NCBI GenBank assembly: GCA_965603825.1
Contig: CBFDEM010000039.1
Coordinates: 124,001-188,000 of the forward strand
Length of the DNA stretch: 64,000 bases
Reading direction: 5' to 3'
Source: Blepharisma stoltei ATCC 30299
Lineage: Eukaryota > Protista > Ciliophora
Of the stretch, positions 1 through 11,249 are shown piece by piece. The notes beneath the pieces are model-generated. The model did not search any database. It was not told the DNA's origin and worked only from the letters and a program-made list of their open reading frames with translations. Position numbers and translations under genes: made by a program. How positions within the stretch are numbered: position 1 is the stretch's first letter; each line of letters opens with the position of its first letter.

Positions 1-981
1 GGAGGAGGTGCCGCTTTTAATCAGACGTTACATATAAGGGCTTGTTTCCCACTTATCCATGCATTTGATACAGTGAATCTACAGTGACAAGCCCACAAGC
101 CGCTTGGTAGGCTTCCAGATGCCAGGAGAAACCATGGGGCAGTTTTAATTGGCAGCACAATGATTGTATATGGTGGGATTGACAGTAACAGTAAAATTTT
201 GAACGATTTGTGTGGGCTAAATTTAGAGTCAATGCAATGGTTTTTAACTAAAGTAGAAAAAGGGTCTGTGAAGCCAGGCCCAAGACATTCATTTTCTTTT
301 ACTTCAGTTTATCATTGTGGAATGCTGAGGCAGTTTACAAATGATATCTTTTCGCTGCCAAATGTATATGATGATGTTTTTACAAGGAAAACCTCAGGGA
401 TTTACTTATTCGGAGGAATGAACCATCATGGAGTAATTTTTAATGATTTATTTATGCTGCAGCCTAAGCGTAAAAGTATAAGAGATGACGAAAGTATATT
501 AAGATGGATAAAATTAGAACCATCTGGAAATGTCCCATTGCCGAGATATAACCATTCAGCAGTCCTATGTGGAGGGCATCTATATATAATTGGTGGGAGA
601 AATGACTCAACTTCATTTGAAACGACTGGAAATGAAGTAAGTGACATTTCTGCTTATAATATAGCAAGCTGCCGATGGGAAACTTTGCTATTAAAAGGGC
701 AAAAGCCTGGACCAAGACATGGAGCTTCAGCTGTCTCAATTGGTAGTAAAATCCTTTATTTTGGAGGGATGGGAAAAGACCGGTTTTGCCAAACTTTATT
801 GTTTTCATTAGAAACAGACCAAAATAATGCTCAGGAGCTTATCAAGCTATGGGATGAAGAAGAAAATCATAGGAAAAATAAAGAAGAAATCACTATGAAA
901 TTATTACAAAAAGGAAAATTACAGTCTGCAGCTAAGGTAGTTTTAACAAAAATTGGGATGAAAGCTTTAAGTGAAATATAG
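1..981 (+). CDS. Kelch-repeat beta-propeller protein, 5'-truncated by the window edge
   Basis: Repeated GG...W...PxxRxxH kelch units (YGG, FGG, IGG, FGG). Frame open from base 1 if TGA 85-87 is read as the kelch Trp. Ends TAG. Confidence 0.85.
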
Positions 982-1057
982 CACTCATATAACTATATTA
1001 ATTTAAAATTATTTTGTAATTAAATAAATCCTTAACTTTACCTAATAAAATTTCTTA

Positions 1058-1591
1058 ATGTATGCTCCTAACTCAATTCATGGAAAACTCGGTAGAAGAA
1101 ATGAAGAAGGCAGCATAGGAGCTCTTTTAAGCGAAGTCAACGATACAATTGAAAAGCTAAACAGCTGAAAAGAAGAAGAAAAACGATTAGATGAAGAATT
1201 CAATAAAAAGCTTCTGGTTCATAACAACCCAAGCCAAGAAATCGCAGATGAAGAAGAAAAAGAAGAGCACGTTGATTTAAAAGAAATAAATATTGACAAT
1301 ATTAGGCACAGGCAGATTGAAATGGTTAAAGTAACAGATGTCAGTGTCCCAGGAAAAAATAAGAACGATTTCTCTTATAATATTGATGGATCAAGCCTTT
1401 ATGAGGTCGGGACAAAGCTGAATGAAATGCTATCAGAATGAAAAGACAGTGTGGATATTATTGATAATAATAAGAATAAAGCAGAGAAAGGAGAAGAATG
1501 AGAAAAAATTGAGGATATTGAGAAAGAGTTAGCTGAGCTAGAAAGTATGCTGGATTCAGTAGGATCTGGAGATAATATAGAAGACTCTTAA
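1058..1591 (+). CDS. Hypothetical acidic coiled-coil protein, 177 aa (missed by ORF track)
   Basis: ATG 1058 to TAA 1589-1591 is open with three in-frame TGA read as Trp; Glu/Lys-rich coding composition. Confidence 0.7.
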
Positions 1592-1717
1592 AAGAACTTG
1601 TCTTTATATTTATCAAAATTAATAATATTAATTTTCATCAATTATTAATTATCATCTGGGAATTAAACAAAATTTATCAATAGATGTTGCATTACTTAAC
1701 TATAAAAAACAATCCAT

Positions 1718-3490
1718 ATGATGAATAATATGGCAACAGACAAATTGAGAATTTCAGGTGCCAGACCAATAAACAGGCCTATAAATAACAAAATTAGTGA
1801 AGAATGGAACGACAGATTTTGGCTAGACAAAATTCCTAATTATGAAGGAGCTGCACTATTTAGTAAAACTCAAGGAGCAAAGCGAAAAATCATCAGAAGC
1901 ACGAAAACTAGTACTCATCAGCTGCCAAAAATAGCCAGTTCTAGCTCTTCACATATAGTTTCGAAATTTAAATTAGATATAACTGAGGACCAAATATTGA
2001 GCTTAAAAGAAGAGCTGGATTTTCTATGAAATTCTTACGAAATCCCATATTTTCACAGAAACCGCTTCCAAGCTCGATTCATTTCGATCCCTTCTGCTAC
2101 TTTATCTGCGAATCAGATAGCAAAAGAAATTTATGAATTAAATAAAGGAATTGCTCCAATTTTACGTGCAATAAATTCCACAAATTCTAGAGAGATGATT
2201 TTATCTAAGCTGAAAAAAGAAATAGAAGAAATTGAAGAAAAAAATGATGAGCATGTTCTACAAGAAATCAGTGAAAACATAAGAAATTTAAGACTGAGGA
2301 GCTTAGAAATTATTGACGCTGTAAAAAAGTGACGAGAACAAATTGGTGACCGATCTGCTGAATTTTTGTGGGAAAATCAAGATTATTTAGAAAAAATGAA
2401 AAACGATATAGAGTTTTTATTAGAAGGCCGTATATTAGATTATTTTAGCATCCCTCATCATTCCAATACATTTACAATTACAGCTCATAGAATAGGTTTA
2501 AAAGAATTAAACCTCCATCGTAGCATTGATAAATTTCCTTCAAAATTACTTCTCAGCAAATCTCCAAGAACAGTTACAAAATCAGCTGAAAAATATTTAG
2601 GCCTAAATCCGAAAAAAGTGGCTCCTTTTCAAAAAAAGCTGCCTCCTTCAGAGTCTCCGCCTTTAATCCAAGAGCCTAATGAATCTCCGAAATCTGAGCG
2701 CCCCAGCCAATATGAGTCTTCAGATGAAGATGAAAATGAGCAAAAAGCTAACACGAAACTTTCTAATGAGATTACGAATAATTTGATTTCGAAATTAATT
2801 GATATCCAATGCACACAAATAACTATTGATGGGGTCAAAGAAATGATAGCAGCCGCACTTGTGCTATTTACATCGTCAATTCTAGACAAATTTTTAACCG
2901 AAGTTTTGTCAGAAATGATCCCACAAGTAGCTTGGGAAGCAAAACAAGAAATTACTGATACAGAATATATCGATTTTCAGGTACAAATATTAAGAGCTGT
3001 GCTAGAAGAAGAGCTTTTAGAAGCTGCAAATGAAACAGCGAAATATCAAATAGCTGATTTACTTTCGAGTGAATACTCTCTATGCATCCCAATAGGTGAA
3101 ATAGTTGAGGAATCAATTGCAGAAGAAAAAGAATGAAATGAGAGAATAGTCCATGAGGTTTTTATTGACATTATGTCAATATTAGTAGAAGAAGATTGGC
3201 TTGAAATTTTATGTGAAGATCAATTGAGCTATGCAAGGTTAGATGATATGTGAAAAATTTTGCCTTTAAATGTACAGGCAACTATATATAAAACTGAGAG
3301 ACCAAAAATAATCGGAAAAATAGCTGAGGACATTTATTTTCAGTTTTTGAACGATTATGTTGGAAAGGTCTGGGTCGAAAGCATTTTGAATTACGCCATA
3401 TGCGATGCAGGAGGTGACGAAAGTTTAGAAGTTATCATGCCGTTAACTGAAAATAAAAGAAAAGAGGGAAGGCGAGGTACAAAAATTTAA
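1718..3490 (+). CDS. Hypothetical protein, 590 aa (joins three track ORFs)
   Basis: ORFs 1718, 2366 and 3260 are in one frame and are separated only by TGA codons (e.g. 2027, 3134, 3251). No TAA/TAG until 3488. Confidence 0.8.
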
Positions 3491-3630
3491 TAAAATAAAT
3501 GTTTATAATATATAGAAAAAAAAATTAATTGAACCTTTTAATGGGTTTTCATAGCAAATTTTTAATAAAAACGTACAAGCTTCTATTAAAATAATCATAA
3601 TTGAGCGGCTTCTATCAAACCCGCTAATAA

Positions 3631-4668
3631 ATGGATAATACAGAAGAATCCTCGCATTCGATTGAAGATTTTAATACCTCTTCATCACCAACAGACCACC
3701 CTGATGGAATCGATCAACAAGCATACTTAAAAGACCAAAATTGTGTCATTTGCCACATTAAATTTGGAAAAACTTCTTTATCTCACACAAGAAAATATTT
3801 TTGCAAATTTTGTTTTCGAGGAGTTTGCGGAAATTGCTCGTCTCATAGAATCAATGGAAATAGGTGCTGCAATTCCTGCTATGACGCAGAACTACAGAAT
3901 AAAGATAAAGCAAAATTAATAGAGGAGAATTTAATAATTCGGTTAAAACACTTAGAAGAGTCACTACAAAAATTGTCAGAAAATCAAATAGAAAACGAAA
4001 GAACACTTAAAAACCTAGAATTCATCAGCAAACAAAAGGAATCTGAAATTATTGAATTAAAATTTATACTAGAAAATAGCAAAGGACATAGAAATAGCAG
4101 AGAAGAAGATAAAATAAATAAAACCAAATATTATGATACTTTAAAAAATTTTGAAGAGTCGCAGTCTCAGCTTGTGATACTAGCAAACGAAAAAGAAAAG
4201 TTGAGAAGCAGTATCCATAAAGCAGAAAATGAAATTATTTTGCAAAATGAAAAAACTTTTGAAATTGTCAAAGAAATAAGAGAACTAAAAGAAGAAATTG
4301 CAGCATCTTCTCAAAATAAGCAGACTTTAAGAGAAAATATTGATTTAAATGCAAAACTCAAAGATATGGAATTTCAAAAAGATCAAGACAAAGTTTCGAT
4401 TGCAGAGTCTTTAGAGCTGTTAAGAGACCAAATAATAAGCGAACAACAAGAAAACGACAGTCTTAGAGTCAGCATATCAGGTGCCACATCTGAAGCAGAA
4501 TTCAAAAAATTGATAAAAAAAGAACAAACCAAAATTTTCGAGCTAAAAGAAGAAATCAAATCTTTGAAAAATCAAATAGCAAGCCAAGAAATAAAAAGAG
4601 ATAGCAAATTTGAAGAACTCTCAGTAGTCGAGCGTAACACTCAACCCTGCAAGTGCGAGATTTTTTAA
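3631..4668 (+). CDS. FYVE-type zinc finger plus coiled-coil protein with C-terminal CaaX (CKCEIF)
   Basis: CxxC...RKYFCKFC...CxxC...CxxC FYVE spacing; long heptad region; CaaX-like end. Confidence 0.75.
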   Translation: MDNTEESSHSIEDFNTSSSPTDHPDGIDQQAYLKDQNCVICHIKFGKTSLSHTRKYFCKFCFRGVCGNCSSHRINGNRCCNSCYDAELQNKDKAKLIEENLIIRLKHLEESLQKLSENQIENERTLKNLEFISKQKESEIIELKFILENSKGHRNSREEDKINKTKYYDTLKNFEESQSQLVILANEKEKLRSSIHKAENEIILQNEKTFEIVKEIRELKEEIAASSQNKQTLRENIDLNAKLKDMEFQKDQDKVSIAESLELLRDQIISEQQENDSLRVSISGATSEAEFKKLIKKEQTKIFELKEEIKSLKNQIASQEIKRDSKFEELSVVERNTQPCKCEIF

Positions 4669-4673
4669 TTATA

Positions 4674-5708
4674 TTAAACTGTAAGTTTGATTTTTGACAT
4701 TAAATGCTGATATATGAAAAATGAACTTAAAACGCCTAAGCTTCCTAAGGTTAAAAACACTCCCCAGCACACTATAAGCAAATAAGCTAAATTCAGAATA
4801 ATTTCTTCAAAACCTAAAGTGCTGCTTATAGTAGAGATAGCTAAAAATAAAAATAAAAATACCCCTTTGGCTGCTCCTTGCAGAAAGCTTGTCCACATAG
4901 AATATGGATTTTTGCTGGCTATTACATAATAAGTTACAATAAACTGTGATAAAATTTCAAAAAGCAACGTTAAAGTAAAGCTAACAAAGCAGATTGAATG
5001 ATAAATGCCTATATAAAAAGTCCAGCTTGAGTTACTAATAATATATACTTGTATATAAATAATCAAAAAAGTGCTCATAATTGCATATCAATTAATCGGT
5101 TTTGGCAGCTCAGCTTTGATGTTTGTGTTATTAGCCAAGTGAGGGCAACAATTTGTATAATTTTTTCCATAAATTTGTCCATAAAACGTTATAGGCATAG
5201 AAATAATCATTAAAAGGACTAATAAAAGGATCAGTCTTGATATAGACGGTAAATTTGATGAAATTAAGCTTAGCAAGCTGACAAGTAAAATAGAAGTACC
5301 ATAAAAATTAGCTGATGAAAATATAATGTTTTGCAACCAGTTTTTTTGGTTTAAATATTGCTGAAAAGATCCTGAAATGTAGCCTGATATGAAGCAAGAA
5401 ATCATAAAAAATAAAAGCCCTGCTACGATTAAAAATTTTGATGAAACTGAGATAGTTGCAAGGAGAATTGATAAAAAATAGGTTAATAGTAAAAATTGAG
5501 AGCCTGATCCTATAAGAGAGATGAAATAGTTAGGAAATTTAGGAAGTGGTAAGGATGGGGAGATTTCTTTTGGATATTCATCTTGGGGGATGATGTTTGC
5601 GTTGAAAGATTTTAGTTTGAGGTAAAGATAAATAAAACTGATACAGCTTAAGGTAGAAAGGAAAGAAAATAAAGCTAAAATGCTGCTTCAGTTGATGGGT
5701 TCTACCAT
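4674..5708 (-). CDS. Divergent TM9SF/nonaspanin-like membrane protein, 344 aa
   Basis: ATG 5708 to TAA 4674 is open with TGA=Trp. Motifs INWSSI, SLIGSGSQ, ISGYISG, PITFYG, P..WY, WTSFLQG and GSLG match the TM9SF membrane region. Confidence 0.65.
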
Positions 5709-5892
5709 TATACTTATTTATTTTCTTCTTGATAGATCATTCTTTCATAAGGCGAAAATTCAATATTTTTTGAGAAGAAATTTGATAATATGATTAAAAT
5801 ATTTAAAAGCGCGCTTATTTTTCATAACTTATTTAAATATTTTTAATTTTCATAACTTTTACTTTTCTTATTGATTTTAAAAGAAATTTTAA

Positions 5893-6231
5893 ATGGAGCT
5901 GAAAAAGGATATAAACTCAGCTATAAAGTCATGAATCCCTCTACAACATCAAACTCCTTCTCCTTCAAGATGCCGTTCCCCATTTATCACAAGCAGGCAA
6001 TCACTTCATGATAGGACTCCGCCAACTAGGTCAAGCACTCCAGACGTTTTTGCCCACAGGCAGTTTATTTCTCCTAAAATCATTAAAGCATCGCACGAAA
6101 TCAAGCCTGAGAGTCCTCGTAAAAGCTCAAGAGGAAAAAGAAGAACTAATTCAGGAAATATCTTTCTAAACAAGAGACTAATTTCTTATAATTTACTGCT
6201 TGACTCGCCAATTTTGGGAAAAAGTGTATAA
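5893..6231 (+). CDS. Small Ser/Pro/Arg-rich hypothetical protein, 112 aa (missed by ORF track)
   Basis: ATG 5893 to TAA 6229-6231, with one in-frame TGA; higher GC than the flanks; many SP/TP sites. Confidence 0.6.
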
Positions 6232-6775
6232 GCAATTTTTCGAATTTAACTAATTTAATTTGAATTTTCAAATTAGAAAATAATATGAAGTATGAAGCTG
6301 AGCTATTTAAGCTTAGCTAATGAGCAAGGATTTATTTGATATCTAATAAATTGCGGGGTGTTAGATCTTGATGATAAATTCTAATTAGGAAACCCTTTTT
6401 TGATTTATAATCCAATAAATCAATATTAATAGATTAAATATTAAAATTGATTAGGATAATCTAGTACAAAGATAAAATTAATAATTATAAAACCTATTTT
6501 TAATGCTTTTAATAATTTTTTTCAAATCTTTAAAATAAACGATAAATAAAAGTAAACGTTGTTTTCTTTTTTAATATGGTAAATACAATTTCCTAAGTTT
6601 TGCGCTATTTCAAGCAATAAATTTTTACTTTTTGGACTTCAAATAAATTTTTTACTTTATAAAATAAGCAATTAACTTTAATTTAAAATAGCTACATATA
6701 TGAAAGTGAATAATTTAATAATTTGATAATAATTTTTAGAATATAAATTGAAAAATGATAATTATAATTGAAATA

Positions 6776-7961
6776 ATGTCGGATGAAGAAAGAAAAGAAC
6801 CAAAAAATAATTCATTTAAGGCTTTTGCTTTTCACGATCTCGATAAGGACAAAGAGCTATTAGCAGAAAACAAAGCTGTTGTGGAAAAACTTTTAGGGGG
6901 GGTTGAAGATGAAAAAATTCAAAAAGTTTTACTAATACTTCAGAATGAAAAATTACAGAAGAAGGCAGCGGATGAACTTTTGAGATGGGCCTTCCAATAT
7001 AAAAACAAGAGTCTTATGATTGGATTACTTCGCATTATATTTTTATAAAGACCTTCGCTATAAAATTCTAGAAAATGCTGCTGCTAGATATTTTATTAAT
7101 ACTTTTAAACTGAGCGGGCCAGAAAGTATATCGTTTTCTGAGAAAGAAAGCGGTTTGCAGCTTGGAAGAAGAATTACTATAGCTGTTTCTCCTTCTGAAT
7201 CAAAGAAGTATTTTATTAAAACCCAGAGATATGGAGCACTCGATGATTATAGCACGAGGAGCCAACTAAAAGAATTAGATCCAAAAGAGGCTTTTATTTA
7301 TTATCTTCTTTATCAATTAAATATTGGTCCTAAGGTTCACTTTTTCTGGGAAGATAAGATCAGTTTTTATATTGCAACAGAGGATCTGAATGAGAGAGGA
7401 TCATTTAACGAGTACAGCAAGCTTTATGAAAAGTTTCTGGATCCAGCAAAAACAGCATTAGAAGACATCCCTCAAGAATATTTCCATATTTGTGACGAAC
7501 TGTTAAAATTAGATTTGATTTCAAGAATTTTATGCTTAACTGATACTACAATAAACAAAGAAAACTTTGGATTTCTTGAAATTAATGGAGAAGTATCTTT
7601 ATTTTTGATTGATTTTTATGTAAAAAAAGACTCATTCTATATGGATGAACGCGTATTTTTAGATTTTTTAAAGCCATTTTGCCCAAGTAGCGCAGACCCA
7701 ACAAGTAGATTCGCCTTAGCAAAAAGGAGCCAAATAGATCGTGCTAAAGTGGCGGCTAATTTCCTTAATAGTGTCAATATCCTTCAAGCCATTGAAACTA
7801 GCTGGGAAAATGTGTCATATATCTTTAGAGCATTAGATATGAATACTAATGATCTTTCAAATTATATTGTTGGGATTAAGATGAACTTTCAATATATTAA
7901 AGAAGGACTGATAATGATGCTAGAGTCGATGAATAAATTTATATTTGATAAAGAAGATTAA
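6776..7961 (+). CDS. Atypical kinase-like protein (PI3/4K- or HipA-like fold), with an apparent +1 frameshift near 6936-6960
   Basis: Motifs YFIKT, KEAFIY.LL..LNIGPKVHF, YIATEDL, DLISRILCLTDTTINKENFG and LFLIDF. With TGA=Trp the main frame is open from 6936 and overlaps the upstream frame starting at ATG 6776. Confidence 0.5.
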
Positions 7962-8910
7962 AATAGTTATAGAAAAATTAAAATTATTTACTATATCCAG
8001 CATTAATAGTATGAGACTAAACTAGCATGCCTCTATATGATGTCATTAATATTTTCAAATGATAGGGAAATTTCGAAATAATTTAATGTGACTGCGTCAT
8101 CTTCCAATACGATTAAATACCTTTTGGTTGGTTTTTCTAGTTAACCTAACTAACTGATTTTTATTAAGGGTTACTTATTCGCTTGGATTTGCTACAATGC
8201 ATTGGCACCTACATTAAGAAATTTTTTTAAAATTTTAGAGTTTACTAGAGGAAGTGTTTCGTATTCTCATATGGCAAAAAGCTTGTTTTTTTGGAAATGG
8301 CTTATTTCTGAAATTTTTCAAAAGGCTTAATATTTGTGTTTTCTCTTCTAAATTTGGATCCGCTAATAAATTCCGGTATTTTGGTTAGCAATTGGCTGCA
8401 AAATTATATTAAAATGCTTCATAATTGTTGTATTCACAAAAAGAAAAATCAGTATACTCATAGAAACTGCAGCCATTTTATACGAAATCTATACAATTTT
8501 CAAAAATATTTTAATAAGGTAAAAATAATATTCTTCTTATCATAAGATAAATCAAATAAAAACGTTTAAGAAAAATACATTTTCATCTTAAAATTACTTA
8601 AAAATATGCACGCCACTACATAAAAACTCTTTTTCAAAGTTTAATTCAGCACAAACTCTCTGGAATTTATATGCTTTATATCACAGCTAAAAACTTCAAA
8701 ATAAATATTAATAGGACCTAAATACAAAAACAGCTAATCACAATAAAAATCCTACCTGAGCCGTAATTTAAGCTGTCACTTTTTATTATTATTTTCCAAT
8801 AATTTCTTTTATTTATTTGAAATCCCGATTCCATCAACCTAAAGCCGTTAGCCAAAAAAAATATGAGATAGCTTTATCATTTTACCAGATTATATGGTTT
8901 ATTAATTAAA

Positions 8911-10287
8911 ATGGGAGATTTGTCCGTCCCACTTATTCCAGCCCAAAAAGAAACTCTTTGGCAAGCCGAAATGGCCATTGTGAAGCTAGCTGGGCCGTCG
9001 ATTCTTTCATTTATCCTTCAGTTTCTGGTCGAAATTATCAATATGTTTTTTATTGGCAATATTGATATAGAACGTCTTGATGGAATCGGCCTTGGCAACA
9101 TGTGGGGAAATTTTATCGGAGTCGCTGTGGGTTGGGGTCTAGCAGGAGGCCTTGATACTTTATGCTCCCAAGCGAACGGTAACAAGCAATATGAAATGGT
9201 CGGCATATGGCTGCAAAGAGGAGTAGTTGTGCTGACAGTTGCTTTTATTCCAATTACAGTTGCAATCCTCTATACAGCTGAAGTTCTTATGCTTATGGGA
9301 GTTGAAGAAAAAATTGCTGAATACAGCTATAATTATTTATCATGTGTTTTACCTGGGCTTTGGTTCTTCTTATGCTTTGATTTCTTCCGAAGATATTTGC
9401 AAGCTCAAGAGTACTTTTGGCCTGGCCTGGTCGTAAATGGAATCACAACAACCTTACATGTATTTTGGTGCTGGCTGTTTATTATAGAATGTGACTGGCT
9501 AGAAAAAGGTGCAGGAATTGCGACATCAGTGACTTACATTTCAAACTTTGTGGTTATGGTCGCATTGATTAAATATTTTAAACTTGAACAAAAAACATGC
9601 AAATCCTGCAACTTCCAAAACTTCTGGCATGACATCAGAAAATTCTTAAGATATGCATTGCCTTCAGCAGGAATGCTCCTCCTTGATCAGCTTAACTTTG
9701 AAATTACACAAGTTGAAGCAAGCCATTTAGGGGTTAAAACTCAAGCTGCACATGTTGCAGTTGCTAACACAGTTACTACTTTATACATGATTCCTCTAGG
9801 GCTTGGTATTTCAATCACTTCAATTGTAGGTAACTTCGTAGGTGAAGGAAACTCAGCAAAGGCAAAATTGTACTCATGGGCAGCCTTAATGCTCTTTTTC
9901 CTTACAAACTTTCCGTTAGAAGTCTTAGTTCTTACCTTTAGGGAGCCTTTAAGTCAGCTTTACACTTATGACACTGAAGTCTCAGAAATTATCGCAAAAC
10001 TCTTTATCCCAGTGATGCTCTTTAATGCTATTGACTTTTTCCAAGTCGTCCTATGTGGTGTCCTTAAGGGAATTGCTAGACAAAGTATCGCGTTTATTAT
10101 GATTTTAATATCATATTACGTTTTTGCAATCCCTGGAGGGTATCTGATGGCTTTCCACGCTGATTTCGATATTTACGGGATTTGGTATGGATTAGTGATT
10201 GGGGCTACAATGGCTACAATTACTTTAAGCTATCTAGCATGGAAATCAAGATGGGCAGCAGTGACCTTAGAAAAGAGTATGGATTAA
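8911..10287 (+). CDS. MATE-family multidrug/toxin extrusion transporter
   Basis: 458 aa, about 12 TM segments; GLDTLCSQA.G, RRYLQAQ, GAGIATS and VGNFVGEG motifs. Confidence 0.93.
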   Translation: MGDLSVPLIPAQKETLWQAEMAIVKLAGPSILSFILQFLVEIINMFFIGNIDIERLDGIGLGNMWGNFIGVAVGWGLAGGLDTLCSQANGNKQYEMVGIWLQRGVVVLTVAFIPITVAILYTAEVLMLMGVEEKIAEYSYNYLSCVLPGLWFFLCFDFFRRYLQAQEYFWPGLVVNGITTTLHVFWCWLFIIECDWLEKGAGIATSVTYISNFVVMVALIKYFKLEQKTCKSCNFQNFWHDIRKFLRYALPSAGMLLLDQLNFEITQVEASHLGVKTQAAHVAVANTVTTLYMIPLGLGISITSIVGNFVGEGNSAKAKLYSWAALMLFFLTNFPLEVLVLTFREPLSQLYTYDTEVSEIIAKLFIPVMLFNAIDFFQVVLCGVLKGIARQSIAFIMILISYYVFAIPGGYLMAFHADFDIYGIWYGLVIGATMATITLSYLAWKSRWAAVTLEKSMD

Positions 10288-10297
10288 GTTAGTTAAA

Positions 10298-11218
10298 CTA
10301 TTTTTGATTATCATCTATCTTATTATTTTCTTTTTTTGAGGTTAATTTTCCGAAAATAATTCCTAGTAAAATCAAAAAGCCAGTATATTGATTGCTAGCA
10401 AACTTATTCCAGCAATCTTTTTCATTGTTTATATCTACAGTTGTCCATTGATATGTTAAATGCCCTAACGCTCCTGATATACATATATAATAAGGAAGCC
10501 CTAAATTCGCCATATATCCTGCTGAAAACCAGCAAAGTCCTGCAGCAGCTGTAAAAAAAGCAAAATATGGCTTATTTGTATTTCCCCATAATAATGCAGT
10601 TGATTTTACTCCAATTGGCTGATCGTCAACTCTATCCTGATACGCATAAATTGTGTCATAAATCATAGTCCAGCACCAGCTTCCCAAATATAGCGGAAGA
10701 ACAATAGCTAAATCCAGTCTTTCAGTTAAAAACACATAATTTACTACACATCCATAATTCATTGCAAATCCAAGTACCGCTTGTGGCCAGTTTGTAAAGC
10801 GTTTTGCTAATGGGTATAAACTCATAAGTGGGATTGAGAAAAGAATTAGACTTTGACATACAGGCCCAGTCAAGCTTAAAATAACAGGTACTGGGGCTAG
10901 GTTAAATAGGAAAAAGGACATGGCTCCAAAGTTAGAGATTTCTCCATTGGCAAGTGGACGCTCTTTGGTTCTTCTTACATGTTTGTCATATTTTGTGTCC
11001 CAGTAGTCGTTTATTGTACAGCCTGCTGCTCTTAGCATAAAAGATGCCCCGACTGCACACCCAAGTCAGCCAATATGAGGAATCCCTGAGGCTGATGCAA
11101 GGGCTGCTGACCAAGTTGTAGGCCATAATACAAGGTATGCACCAATTGGCTTGTGGAAACGGCCAAGTTTGAAATAAGGTACAGCTTTTGGTGGGAGTAA
11201 GCTAAGGATTCTTTGCAT
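10298..11218 (-). CDS. COQ2: 4-hydroxybenzoate polyprenyltransferase (UbiA/COQ2), 306 aa
   Basis: RFHKPIG.YL.LWP, GCTINDYWD..YD..V.RT..RPLA and YDTIYAYQDR.DD motifs. Extends 5' of the track ORF through TGA 11066-11068 to ATG 11218. Confidence 0.93.
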
Positions 11219-11249
11219 CTTTAGGAGAAATATCTATGAGATATAAAAT

